Of a stretch of 64,000 nt of DNA, positions 39,838-47,526 are shown one piece after another. Both the position numbers and the translations under genes were made by a program. This stretch comes from an uncultured Lachnobacterium sp. (GTDB lineage Bacteria; Bacillota; Clostridia; Lachnospirales; Lachnospiraceae), in the NCBI GenBank assembly GCA_964614035.1, contig CAZTKM010000005.1, forward strand, positions 10,028-74,027. The letters run 5' to 3'. The stretch's first letter is position 1; every line of letters begins with the position of its first letter. The notes under the pieces were generated by a model. It was not told where the DNA came from and made no database searches. It saw only the letters and a program-made list of their open reading frames with translations.

Positions 39838-40030
39838 AATGGATTCTCCTTCAAATTCGTTTACACTATTATAGCTCTATTTTCACTTTTGCGCCATAGT
39901 ATTATATTTTTTTTAGATTTGAATCGTTATGTTCCGCTGTTTTTCAATTTCTCATGGCAATCTGCGGCAATATCATTTACAATAGATACAAACGATTTGA
40001 TGTCTATGATACAAATTTACGGAGGTTTCT

Positions 40031-42103
40031 ATGACCTTTTCTTTTCAGGCAGAAAAATTACAGGATTTCGAAAAAAATATTCATAAGGAATGGGCCCTTG
40101 CCAACGGTATCGGCGGTTATGCCGGAGGTTCCATCCTCGGCGCCCAGAATCGTACGCACCAGGGTTACCTGATCGCCAGCCTTCATCCGCCGGTCGAACG
40201 GTATGTGGTGTTTTCTAAAACATCCGAATGCTTCATACAGAACGGCGCTCTCTATGATTTGGAGGCCGCGCAGCATGCGGGAGAGAGCATTCCGGGAAAA
40301 TTTCTGGATGAAGGTATTCCGGCACGTTCCCCTATATATAAGAAAGGGAACCGTTTTCTATCCGGTTTTACCTATGACGGAACCGTCGCTTTTTCCTATC
40401 AGGCAGGCTCTCTTACCGTAGATAAGCAGCTTGTTCTCATTCGAGGAAAAAATCAGGCAGCGCTTGCATACGCCATAGAGAACACAGGAGCGGAAGCCGC
40501 ATTTACTATCACGCCTCACATGAACTATCGTGAACACAGTGCTTCTTCCACCGTTGATTCCTTGAAATTTAAGCATAAAACCATAGATGATGGTAACATG
40601 AAGGGATTTCTTCTCTATCCGAAGTCTGCCCCGGATGATCTGTTTATCTGGCTTGGCATAAGCAGCGGAACCATTATTCCAAGAGACGACTTATTTGACG
40701 TCGACGTTCAGCTCCAGACGGAAGTGGACAATGAAGTATCCGGACTGGATTGTCATTATCTGCCTTACGACATTGTTCTTACCATTCCGGCAAACAGCAA
40801 AATACAGTTTTCGCTCCTTTGTCAGGTTGGATTTGAGAATAGGGATTTACCGGCCGCGGTACCGGAGTCCTTTGCTTTTGACGCAGTTCAGGCACAAAAA
40901 CGGTATATCGGGCAGTTAATCTCCCAGACTTCTTTTAAAGAGGATGCATTTGCGGAGGCGCTTACCGTCGCATCCGACCAGTTTCTGTGTAAAAGAAGCT
41001 CTACCGGACTTACCACAGTCCTCGCAGGACTTCCATGGTTTACAGACTGGGGAAGAGATACCATGATTGCATTTTCCGGTCTTACCTTATCTACCGGACG
41101 CTTTCAGGAAGCGGAGGAAATTCTTCTGACTTTTGCGAAATATATACACCATGGCATGATTCCAAACATGTTCCCGGATGACGGACAGGCTCCTCTCTAC
41201 AACACTGCCGACGCCTCTCTCTGGTATTTCTATGCGGCAGACCAGTATTTGAGATATGTCAATACCAGTGACGCCTATGCGTTTGTTGAAAAAAATATAT
41301 ATCCCGCATTAAAGCAGATTGTGGATGCATATCAATGCGGAACGGATTTTTCTATTTATATGGAAGAAGACGGGCTCATTCATGCCGGCAGCGGACTGGA
41401 TCAGGTTACCTGGATGGATGTCCGCGTCGGCGATTGGGTTGTTACTCCCCGCCATGGCAAGCCGGTTGAAATCAATGCCCTTTGGTACAACGCACTCTGC
41501 GTTATGGGTAAGCTTGCCAAACGGTTCGGCGATACCACAGACTATGACATTCTCGCCGAAAAAGTAAAGCAATCATTCTGTGAAGAGTTCTGGAATGAAG
41601 AAAAGGGCTGTCTCTATGATGTGATCGATGGCAGCCAGAAAGACGATAGTCTTCGTCCAAATCAGATTTATGCGGTTTCGCTCCCATATACCATGCTGGA
41701 TGATGTAAAGGCTGCATCTGTTGTAACTGTCGTTGAAAAGGAGCTCTACGCCGGCTGCGGCTTACGCTCTCTTTCAAGGGATCATAAGGATTATCATCCG
41801 ATTTATCTCGGCTCCCTTTCCAGGCGCGACGCCGCGTATCATCAGGGAACGGCCTGGGGCTTTTTGATTGGCGGATTTATTACCGCTTATCTTAAAGTAA
41901 ATCATCATTCCAAAGAAGCGGTAAGACAGGCGCTTTCTTATCTGGAGCCTCTGAAAAACCATCTATGGGAAAACTGCGTCGGTTCCGTCTGCGAGATATT
42001 TGACGGAGACGCCCCGCACCTTGGACGCGGCTGCTATGCCCAGGCCTGGAGTGTTGGAGAAATATTGAGGTGCTATACTGAAGATATTCTTCCGTATCTT
42101 TAA
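40031..42103 (+). CDS. Glycogen debranching enzyme (amylo-alpha-1,6-glucosidase)
   Basis: EWALANGIGGY, AGLPWFTDWGRDT, TWMD, GKPVEINALW, RPNQ, YHQGT, AQAWSV. Confidence 0.92.
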   Translation: MTFSFQAEKLQDFEKNIHKEWALANGIGGYAGGSILGAQNRTHQGYLIASLHPPVERYVVFSKTSECFIQNGALYDLEAAQHAGESIPGKFLDEGIPARSPIYKKGNRFLSGFTYDGTVAFSYQAGSLTVDKQLVLIRGKNQAALAYAIENTGAEAAFTITPHMNYREHSASSTVDSLKFKHKTIDDGNMKGFLLYPKSAPDDLFIWLGISSGTIIPRDDLFDVDVQLQTEVDNEVSGLDCHYLPYDIVLTIPANSKIQFSLLCQVGFENRDLPAAVPESFAFDAVQAQKRYIGQLISQTSFKEDAFAEALTVASDQFLCKRSSTGLTTVLAGLPWFTDWGRDTMIAFSGLTLSTGRFQEAEEILLTFAKYIHHGMIPNMFPDDGQAPLYNTADASLWYFYAADQYLRYVNTSDAYAFVEKNIYPALKQIVDAYQCGTDFSIYMEEDGLIHAGSGLDQVTWMDVRVGDWVVTPRHGKPVEINALWYNALCVMGKLAKRFGDTTDYDILAEKVKQSFCEEFWNEEKGCLYDVIDGSQKDDSLRPNQIYAVSLPYTMLDDVKAASVVTVVEKELYAGCGLRSLSRDHKDYHPIYLGSLSRRDAAYHQGTAWGFLIGGFITAYLKVNHHSKEAVRQALSYLEPLKNHLWENCVGSVCEIFDGDAPHLGRGCYAQAWSVGEILRCYTEDILPYL

Positions 42104-42112
42104 CCGGCGGCC

Positions 42113-42148
42113 AAAAAAAGAGGGAAACCGTATCCTACCGGTTTCCCT
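42113..42148 (-). terminator. tRNA-Gly terminator
   Basis: AGGGAAACCG / CGGTTTCCCT stem with an A-run on the plus strand (U-tail on minus). Confidence 0.8.
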
Positions 42149-42163
42149 TAACCTAAAACATAG

Positions 42164-42234
42164 AGCGGGTGATGGGAATCGAACCCACGTATCCAGCTTG
42201 GAAGGCTGGTGTTCTACCATTGAACTACACCCGC
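42164..42234 (-). tRNA. tRNA-Gly (anticodon UCC), CCA not encoded
   Basis: GCGGGTG/CACCCGC acceptor stem; CCAGC-CT-TCC-AA-GCTGG anticodon arm; GGTTCGATTCC. Confidence 0.96.
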
Positions 42235-42297
42235 ATTTTGGCAACGAAATCATATTACATGATGATTTCGTTTTTGTCAAGCCCTCAAGCCCATATC

Positions 42298-42609
42298 TTA
42301 TATCTGGGCTATTATCTGTTCTACTTTATCTGCCCCATACATATCGTATAGGAAATTATACCAACAAGACTGTGGCATATGGCACCACATAGGCTCTCCG
42401 TCCATTAGATAGACAAAAGCAATCTGTTTTGTCGGATGTGGATTAAACGGAATATTTAGACAAATACCCATCGGTTCGTATCCTGATTTCTTTAATTCTC
42501 CTTCCGTAATGTAGCTTTTTGGACTTAAAAAACCGTTGTCCGTATTGTGGTTGCCTAATGTCAACATTCCACTGTTTACTTCCGTAACTAACGCCTCTTT
42601 TAATGTCAT
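42298..42609 (-). CDS. Hypothetical protein
   Basis: 103-aa ORF with purine-rich RBS (GGAAGGAAG); no family recognised. Confidence 0.65.
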   Translation of the reverse strand: MTLKEALVTEVNSGMLTLGNHNTDNGFLSPKSYITEGELKKSGYEPMGICLNIPFNPHPTKQIAFVYLMDGEPMWCHMPQSCWYNFLYDMYGADKVEQIIAQI

Positions 42610-42935
42610 GTGATCTTCTTCCTTCCCGAATTATGCTTGTAATGTGACGATAGTTGTAAAAACATTATTGACACTCAAAAGCAAATGTCTTATTATTTTT
42701 TTGTAATTCCTTTGTTGAAAAAAACAAAAGGCATTTCAAAACGCACGATTAATATTACAAGGATTGCGGCAATTGGTCAGCGTCCCGAAGGATATTTTTT
42801 TTCCAAATTCGAGGAGGAATTCATTTTCTCTTCTTTATTTTCTACCAAAGAGAAATATTTTTCTCTTTTTTTCGCAAAAAGAGGGAAATATTTTTTATTG
42901 CGCAAGATCGTAAACAAATATATATCAGGGAGTTA

Positions 42936-43571
42936 ATGCTAAGTATGGAAGAAAACAGAATTGACAGAGCAAAAAGATTTTCAAAGGTGTGGTGGAAGTC
43001 ACGCGCAGACGCGGGCGTATCGCAGGAGTATATGGCGCTTGGTCTCGGTGTATCCAAGAAAACCATCCAGAATTGGGAAAAAGGAACCAGTTCTCCGAAT
43101 TTATTTCAAGCTACCGAATGGTTTCATTTGTTAGGCTACAATCCTATGCCATATTATTATGAATTCATATATCCGGAAATGATGAGTCAGGAGAATCTTG
43201 CCAAGGGGCGCGAGGTATGTGACGAACAGGTATCCGAGATTCTTGATTCGATGATATCAGAACTGCCTATCGAAATAAAAAGACAGTTACTCTTTTTATT
43301 TTACGGCGGACATGGAAGTTCTCCGTATGCAATCATACAGATGGTTCTTGCGCATTTGCAGGTTTCATTAAAAGACCGGGTATCCCACGCGTCAGCTATT
43401 CTTCAGGACTATGAAATCACGAAAGAGCTCGGCACGCTTACCGAGCCCGATCACGTCCAGCCTAATCTGGAATACCTTCGAATTGCATTGCAGCAAGGCA
43501 GAAACGCTGCGGTTCATAACAGATCCGGCTACAACATGAGCGGTCAGTTTAACAGTTCCACTCCAACATAA
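42936..43571 (+). CDS. XRE-family HTH protein with an extended C-terminal domain
   Basis: SQEYMALGLGVSKKTIQNWEKG HTH; GGGAG RBS. Confidence 0.8.
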   Translation: MLSMEENRIDRAKRFSKVWWKSRADAGVSQEYMALGLGVSKKTIQNWEKGTSSPNLFQATEWFHLLGYNPMPYYYEFIYPEMMSQENLAKGREVCDEQVSEILDSMISELPIEIKRQLLFLFYGGHGSSPYAIIQMVLAHLQVSLKDRVSHASAILQDYEITKELGTLTEPDHVQPNLEYLRIALQQGRNAAVHNRSGYNMSGQFNSSTPT

Positions 43572-43584
43572 CCTTTCCGGCAAT

Positions 43585-43620
43585 AAAAAACCCATATATA
43601 TGACAATTCATATATATGGG
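43585..43620 (-). terminator. Intrinsic terminator
   Basis: CCCATATATATGA / TCATATATATGGG with A6 on the plus strand. Confidence 0.75.
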
Positions 43621-43659
43621 AATTCATTTAAAAGATTGATTTTTCTGAAACAGTAACAA

Positions 43660-44121
43660 TTAGAATATATCTACGCGTCCGCAAAATTTATCATTGATTA
43701 CATAGTATGCAGCATACTCTTCCGGTTTCACGTAAATGTTTACCTTCTTAATGGAAGCAGCCTTGTGTCCCTCAGATATAAACTGAGCCTTAACTTTTTC
43801 CTCAATCTTTGCTACATCAACTTCATTATTCTGATACTGAACTGCAATCGTAGATTTTACCGTACTTGTCTTGACTGCTGCCTTTGCTACAGTCTTCTTT
43901 GCAGTTGTCTTTGCCGCTGCGGTTGTCTTCTTTGCGGTTTCCTTTGCCTTTGCCTCTGCTGTCTTCGCGGTTTCTTTTGCCTTTTCTTCTGCTGTCTTTG
44001 CGGTTTCTTTTGCTTTTGCCTCAGCAGCTTTTGCTGTGTCCTTTGCTGCGGCTGTTGCCTTTGCTGCCGCTTCCTTTACAGTCTCTTTTGCCTTTGCTGC
44101 AACTTCCTTTACTTCTGCCAT
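43660..44121 (-). CDS. DUF6465-like protein with an Ala/Lys/Thr-rich repetitive N-terminus
   Basis: C-terminal IYVKPEE..AYYVIN motif; tandem AKETAKTAE(E/A)K repeats; AAGGAGG RBS. Confidence 0.8.
   Translation of the reverse strand: MAEVKEVAAKAKETVKEAAAKATAAAKDTAKAAEAKAKETAKTAEEKAKETAKTAEAKAKETAKKTTAAAKTTAKKTVAKAAVKTSTVKSTIAVQYQNNEVDVAKIEEKVKAQFISEGHKAASIKKVNIYVKPEEYAAYYVINDKFCGRVDIF
43920..44040. repeat. Imperfect 33-bp (11-codon) tandem repeat inside the CDS
   Basis: About 3 copies of GCGGTTTC(C/T)TTTGC(C/T)TTT...CTGCTGTCTT. Confidence 0.75.
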
Positions 44122-44149
44122 GGAAATTCCTCCTTAACTACACAACATC

Positions 44150-44404
44150 CTATTCACAAACTAAAAACTTCTCAATTGCTACAAGCGCTTCTTGTTCATC
44201 TGTTCCGTCCGTTACAATGTCAAGCGACATTCCGTCTGTCGGATTAAAAGCCATAATTCCCATAATGCTCTTCGCATTAATTCGACGATTTTCACTCTCC
44301 AGAATAATCTCACTATCAAAACTACAAGCTACCTGAACTAACTCTGCGATTGGATTCTCGTGTTCTTCTGATACGTTTGATACAACGATACTCTTTTTGT
44401 TCAT
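44150..44404 (-). CDS. HPr-family protein (His15 present, Arg17 replaced by Asn)
   Basis: EEHENPIAELVQ; INAKSIMG (Ser46); GTDEQEA. Confidence 0.82.
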   Translation of the reverse strand: MNKKSIVVSNVSEEHENPIAELVQVACSFDSEIILESENRRINAKSIMGIMAFNPTDGMSLDIVTDGTDEQEALVAIEKFLVCE

Positions 44405-44540
44405 CGTAGTGCCTCTTTTCAATCCTTTTTCTGCTACACATGAAATATAGCGCACTTTATATTCTTCCGCAATACCCAAATATTATTTCTGTTACAAATT
44501 CACGAAGGAAGAAAGAAATGAACAAACGAATTGTTCAAAT

Positions 44541-47078
44541 TTACAACGTTTTTTCATCCAGATACGTGAGATAAACGCTCCCCGAATTCTCAAACCATTC
44601 CTGTGCGCGATCGTAACTGATTGCATTTGTTTCCTGAGTTGTTGGATCAAAATAATAAATCTGACTTGATGTATATCCTACAATAAGAACCGCGCTGTCC
44701 TTTCCGGTCATTGCAAAAACAGGCTTCTCATTGCTGACATAATATAGTACTTCCTCCACATTGCATCCTGTTAAATCCAAAACGGTTGCTTCTTTCATGG
44801 AACTTTCCAATACCATTTTCGGGGACTGTCCGTTTTCCACAAGTTCCCACACGCTAAGGCCTTGTCCCTCGCGCATCAGCATTGCGCTGATACACTCGAC
44901 TACGGATCCCGCTCCCGCATCCGCATCATATACGGTCAGATTTATAAACGCCTTCTGTGCGGTTTTTTTCGCGCGCTTCCACATATACTGCTGCCCGGAA
45001 TCAATGACTACTCCCATCTTTTCATTTGCCAGTATGATTGCATCGGATATACTGTCGGTTGCCAAAAGAGCTTCTCCCTTTGCATATACATAATAGCGTT
45101 CATTGCTATCATCAACCAAAAGCTCCAGACTCCGTTCCTCAGCCAACACATATTTTGACGTAATACGTTTTGTGCTGTTCTCGTTCATCGCCACGCCGAT
45201 TGACAGCTGATACTGCGTCTCCTTGACATCCGTTATCATCGACCGGACAGCAATCGTTCCTCCCGCTGCAGCATCCCGGTTTAAGATGGTGTCTGTCCCT
45301 GTGGAGATATAATTCCCTTCACTCTCTGTCATCAGATTGACTACGATTGAATTATTTGCAAATTCAATATCGCTGATATATCCGGCATCCGGCTGATATG
45401 TCTTCAATGTCCTGAATTTTTGCTCTGATACATCCAGTATCTTTAGTGCCTTCATCGGAAACGTATAATTTCCGACCGCATCCGCCAAGACATCCGTCTT
45501 GTCCGCAATTCCATACACAAAGTCCTCGTCAATGAAACCCAACGGCCGGATAAATTCGTTTGCCCGCTCCGAAACCTCCTCTGTCGTGCCTTCCTTCAAA
45601 TCCATGACATAGATTTTTTCGGCACAATACTTGTCTTTTGTGTCAATCCATGCAAGATACCGATTTGATTTTGAGGTGGTAAAATAGCCGTCCCTTAGAT
45701 TTTCAACCACGCATTCTATATTCATGGAAGCAAGTCCGATCCGGTACAGTTTTCCGTCCATCATCAAATACAAAATGCCCTGCTCGTTCTCATACATAAG
45801 CTGTCCCAGTTCCGCCTTCAGTACCTCATAGGACATGTTCATCGGTATAAACAGTTCTTCTTCAACCGTATGCACCAGACCGTCATAACGGTATACGCCG
45901 ATTCCTACCTCTCCCTCATGCACTCCCCGGTTCATATAGCCATATACGATAAAATCCACACTTCCGGCCTCATCGACTCCGACGATACTGATATCATACT
46001 CTCCCCAGTTTTCTCTGGCATCGATTCCCTCCACACTGCGGAAGCTGAATATCTGTGAAAGCTCATTGGCACCCACATTATAACACCATAGATCCCCTTC
46101 CTGCACAAAAGCAATTACATCATTTGACTCGTTGGCGGAATACATAACATCCGCATCCCTTATGCCCAGCTGTATATTCGTGGAGTCATACACAAAACTG
46201 TTTTCGCTCCGGAAGATCTGGTTCATACGGCGTTCAAAGTTGAGCACATACATTCTGGTCTCCGTATATCTTAAACGGTAGTACTCTTCCACATTATAAA
46301 ATTCCATCTCGCCCATACTATTCGTATAGGTTACAACATAATCCAACGTAAGCACATTGTAGGAGTCGTTGATTTCTTTAAAAGATACAACCGGTTCCCT
46401 CAACTTTTCACAGTCGAAATTCGCCCATGTAATCTGTTTTAAGGTACAGCTCAAATCCACATACTGCAAGGTAGTGGCATCTCCTGTTGCCGGATCCATG
46501 TAAGTCGGAATAAATTCAGCCGCGTTCTGGCTAAACGTATAATCATGAAATTTCAGGGCAAACTCCAGACAATCCTTTGCATGAAGCTCTGTTGTCTGCA
46601 TCAAACGCGTATAATAATATACGTCTCTTCCGTCCGCATTCACAGTAAAGCATAATAAATATTCTTCCTCCTCGTTCAACAGATTCTGAATTGTAAGCTC
46701 CGCATATCTTCTTGTCCCGGCAGCAGTATTGATCTCGAGCGCGCCGTCCGCAATCAACCGCTCCCCATCCAGTGTCCGGATTTCATAGGTAACGTCTTCC
46801 AGATCCGCGCCATAGGTATCCACCCGGACCGTAAGCTTCCGCTCATTGTCAATCGGCATGATGGAATCTCTTACCTTTACCGGATTCATCGGTTTTACAT
46901 ACCCATGCATTTCATTGCCCAGATAATCCCCTTGCATCAGATAGACTACCGGAAGAGAAGCCTCCTCCATCGCCATGGTTAAATCTTCATTTGTCTGGTT
47001 TGTCAGAATATTAAATGTGATCAACGCGCCAACAAAAACGACAAACAATACAATTGGCTTAATGACCTTTCTTTTCAT
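44541..47078 (-). CDS. Large membrane-anchored protein with a C-terminal C39-peptidase-like fold
   Basis: N-terminal TM; beta-rich middle; C-terminal KPVFA...SAVLIVGY...YFDP; start 47078 or 47096. Confidence 0.7.
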   Translation of the reverse strand: MKRKVIKPIVLFVVFVGALITFNILTNQTNEDLTMAMEEASLPVVYLMQGDYLGNEMHGYVKPMNPVKVRDSIMPIDNERKLTVRVDTYGADLEDVTYEIRTLDGERLIADGALEINTAAGTRRYAELTIQNLLNEEEEYLLCFTVNADGRDVYYYTRLMQTTELHAKDCLEFALKFHDYTFSQNAAEFIPTYMDPATGDATTLQYVDLSCTLKQITWANFDCEKLREPVVSFKEINDSYNVLTLDYVVTYTNSMGEMEFYNVEEYYRLRYTETRMYVLNFERRMNQIFRSENSFVYDSTNIQLGIRDADVMYSANESNDVIAFVQEGDLWCYNVGANELSQIFSFRSVEGIDARENWGEYDISIVGVDEAGSVDFIVYGYMNRGVHEGEVGIGVYRYDGLVHTVEEELFIPMNMSYEVLKAELGQLMYENEQGILYLMMDGKLYRIGLASMNIECVVENLRDGYFTTSKSNRYLAWIDTKDKYCAEKIYVMDLKEGTTEEVSERANEFIRPLGFIDEDFVYGIADKTDVLADAVGNYTFPMKALKILDVSEQKFRTLKTYQPDAGYISDIEFANNSIVVNLMTESEGNYISTGTDTILNRDAAAGGTIAVRSMITDVKETQYQLSIGVAMNENSTKRITSKYVLAEERSLELLVDDSNERYYVYAKGEALLATDSISDAIILANEKMGVVIDSGQQYMWKRAKKTAQKAFINLTVYDADAGAGSVVECISAMLMREGQGLSVWELVENGQSPKMVLESSMKEATVLDLTGCNVEEVLYYVSNEKPVFAMTGKDSAVLIVGYTSSQIYYFDPTTQETNAISYDRAQEWFENSGSVYLTYLDEKTL

Positions 47079-47132
47079 ACTTCTACCTTGTCCCATTGAT
47101 TGAGAGTCCCATAGGACTCTCTGTGCATATTC

Positions 47133-47480
47133 CTACCACCACTTATGGCATCTTCGGAATCTGCATCTTCTTCGATAGAGTTCATTGTAAAACAATACGC
47201 TTACTATGTCTTTCAACTCCTGCCCTATCATGATATTTTCCTCTCCGAAGCGCTTGCAGACAGTATCTACTTCCCTCTCAAGCATATAGCGGTCCGGGTT
47301 TTCATCATACATCCGGCTTCCTTCACATTCCAGTTCATCACAGCGCTCTTCCACCAATTCCAATATGCGCCTTACGCTTTTTGGATAATATTCTTTGATC
47401 AGGTCGATATCCCTTTCATACTCAAGTTCTGTTTCATATATCGACTGTAACGGATATGTCATATAAAAAGGTGCTTTCAC
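47133..47480 (-). CDS. Hypothetical (probably sporulation-associated) protein
   Basis: GGAG RBS before GTG 47480; CDELECEGSRMYDENPD...RRCR motif; CATATGAT mother-cell-sigma-like -10 upstream. Confidence 0.6.
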   Translation of the reverse strand: MKAPFYMTYPLQSIYETELEYERDIDLIKEYYPKSVRRILELVEERCDELECEGSRMYDENPDRYMLEREVDTVCKRFGEENIMIGQELKDIVSVLFYNELYRRRCRFRRCHKWW

Positions 47481-47526
47481 AGTAATTCTCCAAATAATCC
47501 TTACTATATCATATGCCACGCTTTTT

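Noticed and set aside
42164-43620. Prophage or integrative element at tRNA-Gly
   Set aside because: No integrase, no duplicated tRNA 3' end, and the accessory genes are on the 5' side of the tRNA
43765-44336. Cys-rich and Leu-rich plus-strand ORFs
   Set aside because: Artefacts of reading the Ala/Lys repeat gene on the opposite strand
44520-44540. LexA box in GAACAAACGAATTGTTC
   Set aside because: Spacing does not fit GAAC-N4-GTTC, and the neighbouring genes are not SOS genes
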